Made by a program: the position numbers and the translations under genes. Shown here in pieces: positions 14,501-29,500 of a DNA stretch of 64,000 bases (position 1 is the stretch's first letter; each line of letters begins with the position of its first letter). The DNA comes from Nemertoderma westbladi (lineage: Eukaryota; Animalia; Xenacoelomorpha): NCBI GenBank assembly GCA_032718475.1, contig JAUCBJ010009147.1, positions 22,242-86,241 on the forward strand, read 5' to 3'. The notes beneath the pieces are model-generated. The model was given only the letters and a program-made list of their open reading frames with translations, was not told the origin of the DNA and did not search any database.

Positions 14501-17500
14501 CCCAATAAGAACTACTCCATCCCAATAAGAACTACTCCAACCCAATAAGAACTACTCCAGCCCAATAAGAACTAAGACTCCAGCCCAATAAGAACTACTC
14601 CAACCCAATAAGAACTACTCCAGCCCAATAAGAACTACTCCAGCCCAATAAGAACTACTCCAACCCAATAAGAACTACTCCAGCCCAATAAGAACTACTC
14701 CTTCCCAATAAGAACTACTCCAGCCCAATAAGAACTACTCCAACCCAATAAGAACTAATCCATCCCAATAAGAACTACTCCAGCCCAATATGAAGTACTC
14801 CATCCCAATAATAACTACTCCAACCCAATAAGAACTACTCCAGCCCAATAAGAACTACTCCAGCCCAATAAGAACTACTCCAGCCCAATAAGAACTACTC
14901 CATCCCAATAAGAACTACTCCATCCCAATAAGAACTACTCCATCCCAATAAGAACTACTCCAGCCCAATAAGAACTACTCCAGCCCAATAAGAACTAATC
15001 CAGCCCAATAAGAAGTACTCCATCCCAATAAGAACTACTCCAGCCCAATAAGAACTATACTCCACCCCAATAAGAACTACTCCAGCCCAATAAGAACTAC
15101 TCCAGCCCAATAAGAACTAATCCAGCCCAATAAGAAGTACTCCATCCCAATAAGAACTACTCCAGCCCAATAAGAACTACTCCAGCCCAATAAGAACTAA
15201 TCCAGCCCAATAAGAAGTACTCCATCCCAATAAGAACTACTCCATCCCAATAAGAACTACTCCATCCCAATAAGAACTACTCCAACCCAATAAGAACTAA
15301 TCCAGCCCAATGAGAACTACTCCAGCCCAATAAGAACTACTCCAGCCCAATAAGAACTACTCCAGCCCAATAAGAACTACTCCAGCCCAATAAGAACTAC
15401 TCCAGCCCAATAAGAACTACTCTATCCCAATAAGAACTACTCCAACCCAATAAGAAATAATCCAGCCCAATAAGAACTACTCCAGCCCAATCAGAACTAC
15501 TCCAGCCCAATAAGAACTACTCCAGCCCAATAAGAACTACTCCAACCCAATAAGAACTACTCCAGCCCATTAAGAAATACTCCAGCCCAATAAGAACTAC
15601 TCCAGCCCAATAAGAACTACTCCATCCCAATAAGAACTACTCCAACCCAATAAGAACTACTCCAACCCAATAAGAACTAATCAAGCCCAATAAGAACTAC
15701 TCCAGCCCAATAAGAACTACTCCAGCCCAATAAGAACTACTCCATCCCAATAAGAACTACTCCATCCCAATAAGAACTACTCCAACCCAATAAGAACTAA
15801 TCCAGCCTAATAAGAACTACTCCAACCCAATAAGAACTACTCCAACCCAATAAGAACTAATCAAGCCCAATAAGAACTACTCCAGCCCAATAAGAACTAC
15901 TCCAGCCCAATAAGAACTACTCCATCCCAATAAGAACTACTCCATCCCAATAAGAACTACTCCAACCCAATAAGAACTAATCCAGCCCAATAAGAACTAC
16001 TCCAGCCCAATAAGAACTACTCCAGCCCAATAAGAACTACTCCAGCCCAATAAGAACTACTCCAGCCCAATAAGAACTACTCCATCCCAATAAGAACTAC
16101 TCCATCCCAATAAGAACTACTCCAACCCAATAAGAACTAATCCAGCCCAATAAGAACTACTCCAGCCCAATAAGAACTACTCCAGCCCAATAAGAACTAC
16201 TCCAGCCCAATAAGAACTACTCCAGCCCAATAAGAACTACTCCAGCCCAATAAGAACTACTCCATCCCAATAAGAACTACTCCATCCCAATAAGAACTAC
16301 TCCATCCCAATAAGAACTACTCCAACCCAATAAGAACTACTCCAACCCAATAAGAACTAATCAAGCCCAATAAAAACTACTCCAGCCCAATAAGAACTAC
16401 TCCAGCCCAATAAGAACTACTCCATCCCAATAAGAACTACTCCATCCCAATAAGAACTACTCCAACCCAATAAGAACTAATCCAGCCCAATAAGAACTAC
16501 TCCAGCCCAATAAGAACTACTCCAGCCCAATAAGAACTACTCCAGCCCAATAAGAACTACTCCAGCCCAATAAGAACTACTCCAGCCCAATAAGAACTAC
16601 CCCAGCCCAATAAGAACTACTCCAGCCCAATAAGAACTACAACATCCCAATAAGAACTACTCCACCCAATAAGAACTACTCCACCCAAAAGAACTAATCC
16701 AGCCCAATAAGAACTACTCCAGCCCAATAAGAACTAATCCAGCCCAATAAGAACTACTCCAGCCCAATAAGAACTACTCCAGCCCAATAAGAACTACTCC
16801 AGCCCTATAAGAACTACTCCAGCCCAATAAGAACTACTCCATCCCAATAAGAACTACTCCATCCCAATAAGAACTACTCCAGCCCAATAAGAACTACTCC
16901 AGCCCATTAAGAAAAACTACTCCAGCCCAATAAGAACTACTCCTTCCCAATAAGAACTACTCCAGCCCATTAAGAACTACTCCAGCCCAATAAGAACTAC
17001 TCCAGCCCAATAAGAACTACTCCATCCCAATAAGAACTACTCCAGCCCAATAAGAACTACTCCATCCCAATAAGAACTACTACATCCCAATAAGAACTAC
17101 TCCAACCCAATAAGAACTAATCCAGCCCAATGAGAACTACTCCAGCCCAATAAGAACTACTCCATCCCAATAAGAACTACTCCAACCCAATAAGAACTAC
17201 TCCAGCCCAATAAGAACTACTCCATCCCAATAAGAACTACTCCAGCCCATTGAGAACTACTCCAGCCCAATAAGAACTACTCCAGCTCAATAAGAACTAC
17301 TCCAGCCCAATAAGAACTACTCCTTCCCAATAAGAACTACTCCAGCCCATTAAGAACTACTCCAGCCCAATAAGAACTACTCCATCCCAATAAGAACTAC
17401 TCCAACCCAATATGAACTAATCCAGCTCAATAAGAACTACTCCAGCCCATTAAGAACTACTCCATCCCAATAAGAACTACTCCATCCCAATAAGAACTAC

Positions 17501-20500
17501 TCCAGCCCATTGAGAACTACTCCAGCCCAATAAGAACTACTCCAGCTCAATAAGAACTACTCCAGCCCAATAAGAACTACTCCAGCCCAATAAGAACTAC
17601 TCCTTCCCAATAAGAACTACTCCATCCCATTAAGAACTACTCCAGCCCAATAAGAACTACTCCAGCCCAATAAGAACTACTCCATCCCAATAAGAACTAC
17701 TCCAGCCCATTAAGAACTACTCCAGCCCAATAAGAACTACTCCATCCCAATAACAACTACTCCAGCCCAATAAGAACTACTCCATCCCAATAAGAACTAC
17801 TCCAGCCCAATAAGAACTACTCCAGCCCAATAAGAACTACTCCAGCCCATTAAGAAAAAACAACTCCAGCCCTTTAAGAAAAAACTACTCCAGCCCAATA
17901 AGAACTACTCCATCCCAATAAGAACTACTCCAGCCCAATAAGAACTACTCCTTCCCAATAATAACTACTCCAGCCCAATAAGAACTACTCCATCCCAATA
18001 AGAACTACTCCATCCCAATAAGAACTACTCAATCCCAATAAGAACTACTCCATCCCAATAAGAACTACTCCATCCCAATAAGAACTACTCCAGCTCAATA
18101 AGAACTACTCCAGCCCAATAAGAACTACTCCAGTCCAATAAGAAAAAACTACTCCAGCCCAATAAGAACTACTCCTTCCCAATAAGAACTACTCCAGCCC
18201 AATAAGAACTACTCCAGCCCAATAAGAACTACTCCAGCCCAATAAGAACTACTCCAGCCCAATAAGAACTACTCCAGCCCAATAAGAACTACTCCATCCC
18301 AATAAGAACTACTCCAACCCAATAAGAACTACTCCAGCCCAATAAGAACTACTCCAGCCCAATAAGAACTACTCCATCCCAATAAGAACTACTCCAGCCC
18401 AATAAGAACTACTCCAGCCCAATAAGAACTACTCCAACCCAATAAGAACTACTCCAGCCCAATAAGAACTACTCCATCCCAATAAGAACTACTCCAGCCC
18501 AATAAGAACTACTCCAGCCCAATAAGAACTACTCCAGCCCAATAAGAACTACTCCAGCCCTAAGAAAAAACTACTCCAGCCCAATAAGAACTACTCCATC
18601 CCAATAAGAACTACTCCAGCCCAATAAGAACTACTCCAGCCCAATAAGAACTACTCCAGCCCAATAAGAACTACTCCATCCCAATAAGAACTACTCCATC
18701 CCAATAAGAACTACTCCATCCCAATAAGAACTACTCCATCCCAATAAGAACTACTCCAGCCCAATAAGAACTACTCCAGCCCAATAAGAACTACTCCAGC
18801 CCAATAAGAACTACTCCAGCCCAATAAGAAAAAACTACTCCAGCCCAATAAGAACTACTCCATCCCAATAAGAACTACTCCAGCCCAATAAGAACTACTC
18901 CAGCCCAATAAGAACTAATCCATCCCAATAAGAACTACTCCAGCCCAATAAGAACTACTCCAGCCCAATAAGAACTACTCCAGCCCAATAAGAACTACTC
19001 CAGCCCAAAAGAACTACTCCAGCCCATTAAGAAAAAACTACTCCAGCCAAATAAGAACTACTCCTTCCCAATAAGAACTATTCCATCCCAATAAGAACTA
19101 CTCCAGCCCAATAAGAACTACTCCATCCCAATAAGAACTACTCCATCCCAATAAGAACTACTCCAACCCAATAAGAACTAATCCAGCCCAATAAGAACTA
19201 CTCCATCCCAATAAGAACTACTCCATCCCATTAAGAACTACTCCATCCCAATAAGAACTACTCCATCCCAATAAGAACTACTCCATCCCAATAAGAACTA
19301 CTCCAGTCCAATAAGAACTACTCCAGCCCAATAAGAACTACTCCAGCCCATTAAGAAAAACTACTCCAGCCCAATAAGAACTACTCCAGCCTAATAAGAA
19401 CTACTCCATCCCAATAAGAACTACTCCATCCCATTAAGAACTACTCCATCCCAATAAGAACTACTCCATCCCAATAAGAACTACTCCATCCCAATAAGAA
19501 CTACTCCAGTCCAATAAGAACTACTCCAGCCCAATAAGAACTACTCCAGCCCATTAAGAAAAACTACTCCAGCCCAATAAGAACTACTCCTTCCCAATAA
19601 GAACTACTCCAGCCCAATAAGAACTACTCCAGCCCAATAAGAACTACTCCAACCCAATAAGAACTATTCCATCCCAATAAGAACTACTCCAGCCCAATAA
19701 GAACTACTCCATCCCAATAAGAACTACTCCATCCCAATAAGAACTACTCCAACCCAATAAGAACTAATCCAGCCCAATGAGAACTACTCCAGCCCAATAA
19801 GAACTACTCCAGCCCAATAAGAACTACTCCAGCCCAATAAGAACTACTCCAGCCCAATAAGAACTACTCCAGCCCAATAAGAACTACTCTATCCCAATAA
19901 GAACTACTCCAACCCAATAAGAAATAATCCAGCCCAATAAGAACTACTCCAGCCCAATCAGAACTACTCCAGCCCAATAAGAACTACTCCAGCCCAATAA
20001 GAACTACTCCAACCCAATAAGAACTACTCCAGCCCATTAAGAAATACTCCAGCCCAATAAGAACTACTCCAGCCCAATAAGAACTACTCCATCCCAATAA
20101 GAACTACTCCAACCCAATAAGAACTACTCCAACCCAATAAGAACTAATCAAGCCCAATAAGAACTACTCCAGCCCAATAAGAACTACTCCAGCCCAATAA
20201 GAACTACTCCATCCCAATAAGAACTACTCCATCCCAATAAGAACTACTCCAACCCAATAAGAACTAATCCAGCCTAATAAGAACTACTCCAACCCAATAA
20301 GAACTACTCCAACCCAATAAGAACTAATCAAGCCCAATAAGAACTACTCCAGCCCAATAAGAACTACTCCAGCCCAATAAGAACTACTCCATCCCAATAA
20401 GAACTACTCCATCCCAATAAGAACTACTCCAACCCAATAAGAACTAATCCAGCCCAATAAGAACTACTCCAGCCCAATAAGAACTACTCCAGCCCAATAA

Positions 20501-23500
20501 GAACTACTCCAGCCCAATAAGAACTACTCCAGCCCAATAAGAACTACTCCATCCCAATAAGAACTACTCCATCCCAATAAGAACTACTCCAACCCAATAA
20601 GAACTAATCCAGCCCAATAAGAACTACTCCAGCCCAATAAGAACTACTCCAGCCCAATAAGAACTACTCCAGCCCAATAAGAACTACTCCAGCCCAATAA
20701 GAACTACTCCAGCCCAATAAGAACTACTCCATCCCAATAAGAACTACTCCATCCCAATAAGAACTACTCCATCCCAATAAGAACTACTCCAACCCAATAA
20801 GAACTACTCCAACCCAATAAGAACTAATCAAGCCCAATAAAAACTACTCCAGCCCAATAAGAACTACTCCAGCCCAATAAGAACTACTCCATCCCAATAA
20901 GAACTACTCCATCCCAATAAGAACTACTCCAACCCAATAAGAACTAATCCAGCCCAATAAGAACTACTCCAGCCCAATAAGAACTACTCCAGCCCAATAA
21001 GAACTACTCCAGCCCAATAAGAACTACTCCAGCCCAATAAGAACTACTCCAGCCCAATAAGAACTACCCCAGCCCAATAAGAACTACTCCAGCCCAATAA
21101 GAACTACAACATCCCAATAAGAACTACTCCACCCCAATAAGAACTACTCCAACCCAAAAAGAACTAATCCAGCCCAATAAGAACTACTCCAGCCCAATAA
21201 GAACTAATCCAGCCCAATAAGAACTACTCCAGCCCAATAAGAACTACTCCAGCCCAATAAGAACTACTCCAGCCCTATAAGAACTACTCCAGCCCAATAA
21301 GAACTACTCCATCCCAATAAGAACTACTCCATCCCAATAAGAACTACTCCAGCCCAATAAGAACTACTCCAGCCCATTAAGAAAAACTACTCCAGCCCAA
21401 TAAGAACTACTCCTTCCCAATAAGAACTACTCCAGCCCATTAAGAACTACTCCAGCCCAATAAGAACTACTCCAACCCAATAAGAACTACTCCAACCCAA
21501 TAAGAACTACTCCAACCCAATAAGAACTAATCAAGCCCAATAAGAACTACTCCAGCCCAATAAGAACTACTCCAGCCCAATAAGAACTACTCCATCCCAA
21601 TAAGAACTACTCCATCCCAATAAGAACTACTCCAACCCAATAAGAACTAATCCAGCCTAATAAGAACTACTCCAACCCAATAAGAACTACTCCAACCCAA
21701 TAAGAACTAATCAAGCCCAATAAGAACTACTCCAGCCCAATAAGAACTACTCCAGCCCAATAAGAACTACTCCATCCCAATAAGAACTACTCCATCCCAA
21801 TAAGAACTACTCCAACCCAATAAGAACTAATCCAGCCCAATAAGAACTACTCCAGCCCAATAAGAACTACTCCAGCCCAATAAGAACTACTCCAGCCCAA
21901 TAAGAACTACTCCAGCCCAATAAGAACTACTCCATCCCAATAAGAACTACTCCATCCCAATAAGAACTACTCCAACCCAATAAGAACTAATCCAGCCCAA
22001 TAAGAACTACTCCAGCCCAATAAGAACTACTCCAGCCCAATAAGAACTACTCCAGCCCAATAAGAACTACTCCAGCCCAATAAGAACTACTCCAGCCCAA
22101 TAAGAACTACTCCATCCCAATAAGAACTACTCCATCCCAATAAGAACTACTCCATCCCAATAAGAACTACTCCAACCCAATAAGAACTACTCCAACCCAA
22201 TAAGAACTAATCAAGCCCAATAAAAACTACTCCAGCCCAATAAGAACTACTCCAGCCCAATAAGAACTACTCCATCCCAATAAGAACTACTCCATCCCAA
22301 TAAGAACTACTCCAACCCAATAAGAACTAATCCAGCCCAATAAGAACTACTCCAGCCCAATAAGAACTACTCCAGCCCAATAAGAACTACTCCAGCCCAA
22401 TAAGAACTACTCCAGCCCAATAAGAACTACTCCAGCCCAATAAGAACTACCCCAGCCCAATAAGAACTACTCCAGCCCAATAAGAACTACAACATCCCAA
22501 TAAGAACTACTCCACCCCAATAAGAACTACAACATCCCAATAAGAACTACTCCACCCCAATAAGAACTACTCCAACCCAAAAAGAACTAATCCAGCCCAA
22601 TAAGAACTACTCCAGCCCAATAAGAACTACTCCAGCCCAATAAGAACTACTCCAGCCCAATAAGAACTACCCCAGCCCAATAAGAACTACTCCAGCCCAA
22701 TAAGAACTACAACATCCCAATAAGAACTACTCCACCCCAATAAGAACTACTCCAACCCAAAAAGAACTAATCCAGCCCAATAAGAACTACTCCAGCCCAA
22801 TAAGAACTAATCCAGCCCAATAAGAACTACTCCAGCCCAATAAGAACTACTCCAGCCCAATAAGAACTACTCCAGCCCTATAAGAACTACTCCAGCCCAA
22901 TAAGAACTACTCCATCCCAATAAGAACTACTCCATCCCAATAAGAACTACTCCAGCCCAATAAGAACTACTCCAGCCCATTAAGAAAAACTACTCCAGCC
23001 CAATAAGAACTACTCCTTCCCAATAAGAACTACTCCAGCCCATTAAGAACTACTCCAGCCCAATAAGAACTACTCCAACCCAATAAGAACTATTCCATCC
23101 CAATAAGAACTACTCCAGCCCAATAAGAACTACTCCATCCCAATAAGAACTACTACATCCCAATAAGAACTACTCCAACCCAATAAGAACTAATCCAGCC
23201 CAATGAGAACTACTCCAGCCCAATAAGAACTACTCCAGCCCAATAAGAACTACTCCAGCCCAATAAGAACTACTCCAGCCCAATAAGAACTACTCCAGCC
23301 CAATAAGAACTACTCTATCCCAATAAGAACTACTCCAACCCAATAAGAACTAATCCAGCCCAATAAGAACTACTCCAGCCCAATCAGAACTACTCCAGCC
23401 CAATAAGAACTACTCCAGCCCAATAAGAACTACTCCAACCCAATAAGAACTACTCCAGCCCATTAAGAAATACTCCAGCCCAATAAGAACTACTCCAGCC

Positions 23501-26500
23501 CAATAAGAACTACTCCATCCCAATAAGAACTACTCCAACCCAATAAGAACTACTCCAATCCAATAAGAACTAATCAAGCCCAATAAGAACTACTCTAGCC
23601 CAATAAGAACTACTCCAGCCCAATAAGAACTACTCCATCCCAATAAGAACTACTCCATCCCAATAAGAACTACTCCAACCCAATAAGAACTAATCCAGCC
23701 CAATAAGAACTACTCCAACCCAATAAGAACTACTCCAACCCAATAAGAACTAATCAAGCCCAATAAGAATTACTCCAGCCCAATAAGAACTACTCCAGCC
23801 CAATAAGAACTACTCCATCCCAATAAGAACTACTCCATCCCAATAAGAACTACTCCAACCCAATAAGAACTAATCCAGCCCAATAAGAACTACTCCAGCC
23901 CAATAAGAACTACTCCAGCCCAATAAGAACTACTCCAGCCCAATAAGAACTACTCCAGCCCAATAAGAACTACTCCATCCCAATAAGAACTACTCCATCC
24001 CAATAAGAACTACTCCAACCCAATAAGAACTAATCCAGCCCAATAAGAACTACTCCAGCCCAATAAGAACTACTCCAGCCCAATAAGAACTACTCCAGCC
24101 CAATAAGAACTACTCCATCCCAATAAGAACTACTCCATCCCAATAAGAACTACTCCATCCCAATAAGAACTACTCCAACCCAATAAGAACTACTCCAACC
24201 CAATAAGAACTAATCAAGCCCAATAAAAACTACTCCAGCCCAATAAGAACTACTCCAGCCCAATAAGAACTACTCCATCCCAATAAGAACTACTCCATCC
24301 CAATAAGAACTACTCCAACCCAATAAGAACTAATCCAGCCCAATAAGAACTACTCCAGCCCAATAAGAACTACTCCAGCCCAATAAGAACTACTCCAGCC
24401 CAATAAGAACTACTCCAGCCCAATAAGAACTACTCCAGCCCAATAAGAACTACCCCAGCCCAATAAGAACTACTCCAGCCCAATAAGAACTACAACATCC
24501 CAATAAGAACTACTCCACCCCAATAAGAACTACTCCAACCCAAAAAGAACTAATCCAGCCCAATAAGAACTACTCCAGCCCAATAAGAACTAATCCAGCC
24601 CAATAAGAACTACTCCAGCCCAATAAGAACTACTCCAGCCCAATAAGAACTACTCCAGCCCAATAAGAACTACTCCAGCCCAATAAGAACTACTCCAGCC
24701 CAATAAGAACTACTCCAGCCCAATAAGAACTACCCCAGCCCAATAAGAACTACTCCAGCCCAATAAGAACTACAACATCCCAATAAGAACTACTCCACCC
24801 CAATAAGAACTACTCCAACCCAAAAAGAACTAATCCAGCCCAATAAGAACTACTCCAGCCCAATAAGAACTAATCCAGCCCAATAAGAACTACTCCAGCC
24901 CAATAAGAACTACTCCAGCCCAATAAGAACTACTCCAGCCCTATAAGAACTACTCCAGCCCAATAAGAACTACTCCATCCCAATAAGAACTACTCCATCC
25001 CAATAAGAACTACTCCAGCCCAATAAGAACTACTCCAGCCCATTAAGAAAAACTACTCCAGCCCAATAAGAACTACTCCTTCCCAATAAGAACTACTCCA
25101 GCCCATTAAGAACTACTCCAGCCCAATAAGAACTACTCCAACCCAATAAGAACTATTCCATCCCAATAAGAACTACTCCAGCCCAATAAGAACTACTCCA
25201 TCCCAATAAGAACTACTACATCCCAATAAGAACTACTCCAACCCAATAAGAACTAATCCAGCCCAATGAGAACTACTCCAGCCCAATAAGAACTACTCCA
25301 GCCCAATAAGAACTACTCCAGCCCAATAAGAACTACTCCAGCCCAATAAGAACTACTCCAGCCCAATAAGAACTACTCTATCCCAATAAGAACTACTCCA
25401 ACCCAATAAGAACTAATCCAGCCCAATAAGAACTACTCCAGCCCAATCAGAACTACTCCAGCCCAATAAGAACTACTCCAGCCCAATAAGAACTACTCCA
25501 ACCCAATAAGAACTACTCCAGCCCATTAAGAAATACTCCAGCCCAATAAGAACTACTCCAGCCCAATAAGAACTACTCCATCCCAATAAGAACTACTCCA
25601 ACCCAATAAGAACTACTCCAACCCAATAAGAACTAATCAAGCCCAATAAGAACTACTCCAGCCCAATAAGAACTACTCCAGCCCAATAAGAACTACTCCA
25701 TCCCAATAAGAACTACTCCATCCCAATAAGAACTACTCCAACCCAATAAGAACTAATCCAGCCCAATAAGAACTACTCCAACCCAATAAGAACTACTCCA
25801 ACCCAATAAGAACTACTCCAACCCAATAAGAACTAATCCAGCCCAATAAGAACTACTCCAGCCCAATAAGAACTACTCCATCCCAATAAGAACTACTCCA
25901 TCCCAATAAGAACTACTCCATCCCAATAAGAACTACTCCAACCCAATAAGAACTACTCCAACCCAATAAGAACTAATCAAGCCCAATAAAAACTACTCCA
26001 GCCCAATAAGAACTACTCCAGCCCAATAAGAACTACTCCATCCCAATAAGAACTACTCCATCCCAATAAGAACTACTCCAACCCAATAAGAACTAATCCA
26101 GCCCAATAAGAACTACTCCAGCCCAATAAGAACTACTCCAGCCCAATAAGAACTACTCCAGCCCAATAAGAACTACTCCAGCCCAATAAGAACTACTCCA
26201 GCCCAATAAGAACTACCCCAGCCCAATAAGAACTACTCCAGCCCAATAAGAACTACAACATCCCAATAAGAACTACTCCACCCCAATAAGAACTACTCCA
26301 ACCCAAAAAGAACTAATCCAGCCCAATAAGAACTACTCCAGCCCAATAAGAACTAATCCAGCCCAATAAGAACTACTCCAGCCCAATAAGAACTACTCCA
26401 GCCCAATAAGAACTACTCCAGCCCTATAAGAACTACTCCAGCCCAATAAGAACTACTCCAGTCCATAAAGAAAAAACTACTCCAACCCAATAAGAACTAC

Positions 26501-29500
26501 TCCAGCCCATTAAGAACTACTCCAGTCCAATAAGAACTACTCCAGCCCAATAAGAACTACTCCAGCCCAATAAGAACTACTCCAGCCCAATAAGAACTAC
26601 TCCATCCCAATAAGAACTACTCTATCCCAATAAGAACTACTCCAACCCAATAAGAACTAATCCAGCCCAATAAGAACTACTCCAGCCCAATAAGAACTAC
26701 TCCAGCCCAATAAGAACTACTCCAACCCAATAAGAACTAATCCAGCCCAATAAGAACTACTCCAGCCCAATAAGAACTACTCCAGCCCAATAAGAACTAC
26801 TCCAGCCCAATAAGAACTACTCCAGCCCAATAAGAACTACTCCATCCCAATAAGAACTACTCCATCCCAATAAGAACTACTCCAACCCAATAAGAACTAA
26901 TCCAGCCCAATAAGAACTACTCCAGCCCAATAAGAACTACTCCAGCCCAATAAGAACTACTCCAGCCCAATAAGAACTACTCCAGCCCAATAAGAACTAC
27001 TCCAGCCCAATAAGAACTACTCCATCCCAATAAGAACTACTCCATCCCAATAAGAACTACTCCATCCCAATAAGAACTACTCCAACCCAATAAGAACTAC
27101 TCCAACCCAATAAGAACTAATCAAGCCCAATAAGAACTACTCCAGCCCAATAAGAACTACTCCAGCCCAATAAGAACTACTCCATCCCAATAAGAACTAC
27201 TCCATCCCAATAAGAACTACTCCAACCCAATAAGAACTAATCCAGCCCAATAAGAACTACTCCAGCCCAATAAGAACTACTCCAGCCCAATAAGAACTAC
27301 TCCAGCCCAATAAGAACTACTCCAGCCCAATAAGAACTACTCCAGCCCAATAAGAACTACCCCAGCCCAATAAGAACTACTCCAGCCCAATAAGAACTAC
27401 AACATCCCAATAAGAACTACTCCACACCAATAAGAACTACTCCAACCCAAAAAGAACTAATCCAGCCCAATAAGAACTACTCCAACCCAATAAGAACTAC
27501 TCCAGCCCATTGAGAACTACTCCAGCCCAATAAGAACTACTCCAGCCCAATAAGAACTACTCCATCCCAATAAGAACTACTCCATCCCAATAAGAACTAC
27601 TCCACCCCAATAAGAAGTACTCCATCCCAATAAGAACTACTCCAGCCCAATAAGAACTACTCCAACCCAATAAGAACTACTCCAGCCCATTAAGAACTAC
27701 TCCAGCCCAATAAGAACTACTCCAGCCATTAAGAACTACTCCAGCCCAATAAGAACTACTCAGCCATTAAGAACTACTCCAACCCAATAAGAACTACTCC
27801 AGCCCAATGAGAACTACTCCAGCCCAATAAGAACTACAACATCCCAATAAGAACTACTCCACCCCAATAAGAACTACTCCAACCCAAAAAGAACTAATCC
27901 AGCCCAATAAGAACTACTCCAGCCCAATAAGAACTAATCCAGCCCAATAAGAACTACTCCAGCCCAATAAGAACTACTCCAGCCCAATAAGAACTACTCC
28001 AGCCCAATAAGAACTACTCCAGCCCTATAAGAACTACTCCAGCCCAATAAGAACTACTCCAGTCCATAAAGAAAAAACTACTCCAACCCAATAAGAACTA
28101 CTCCAGCCCATTAAGAACTACTCCAGTCCAATAAGAACTACTCCAGCCCAATAAGAACTACTCCAGCCCAATAAGAACTACTCCAGCCCAATAAGAACTA
28201 CTCCATCCCAATAAGAACTACTCTATCCCAATAAGAACTACTCCAACCCAATAAGAACTAATCCAGCCCAATAAGAACTACTCCAGCCCAATAAGAACTA
28301 CTCCAGCCCAATAAGAACTACTCCAGCCCAATAAGAACTACTCCAGCCCAATAAGAACTACCCCAGCCCAATAAGAACTACTCCAGCCCAATAAGAACTA
28401 CTCCATCCCAATAAGAACTACTCCATCCCAATAAGAACTACGCCAACCCAATAAGAACTACTCCATCCCAATAAGAACTACTCCAACCCAATAAGAACTA
28501 ATCCAGCCCATTAAGAACTACTCCAGCCCAATAAGAACTAATCCAGCCCAATAAGAACTACTCCAGCCCAATAAGAACTACTCCAGCCCAATAAGAACTA
28601 CTCCAGCCCAATAAGAACTACTCCAGTCCATAAAGAAAAAACTACTCCAACCCAATAAGAACTACTCCAGCCCATTGAGAACTACTCCAGCCCAATAAGA
28701 ACTACTCCAGCCCAATAAGAACTACTCCATCCCAATAAGAACTACTCCATCCCAATAAGAACTACTCCACCCCAATAAGAACTAATCCAGCCCAATAAGA
28801 ACTACTCCAGCCCAATAAGAACTACTCCAGCCCAATAAGAACTACTCCAACCCAATAAGAACTACTCCAGCCCATTAAGAACTACTCCAGCCCAATAAGA
28901 ACTACTCCAGCCATTAAGAACTACTCCAGCCCAATAAGAACTACTCAGCCATTAAGAACTACTCCAACCCAATAAGAACTACTCCAGCCCAATGAGAACT
29001 ACTCCAGCCCAATAAGAACTACTCCAGTCATTAAGAACTACTCCAACCCATTAAGAACTACTCCAGCTCAATAAGAACTACTCCAGCCCAATAAGAACTA
29101 CTCCAGCTCAATAAGAACTACTCCAGCCCAATAAGAACTACTCCATCCCAATAAGAACTACTCCAGCTCAATAAGAACTACTCCATCCCAATAAGAACAA
29201 CTCCAACCCAATAAGAACTACTCCAGCCCAATAAGAACTAATCCAGCTCAATAAGAACTACTCCAGCCCAATAAGAACTACTCCATCCCAATAAGAACTA
29301 CTCCATCCCAATAAGAACTACTCCAGCTCAATAAGAACTACTCCATCACAATAAGAACTACTCCAGCCCAATAAGAACTACTCCATCCCAATAAGAACTA
29401 CTCAATCCCAATAAGAACTACTCCAGCCCAATAAGAACTACTCCATCCCAATAAGAACTACTCCAGCTCAATAAGAACTACTCCATCCCAATAAGAACTA

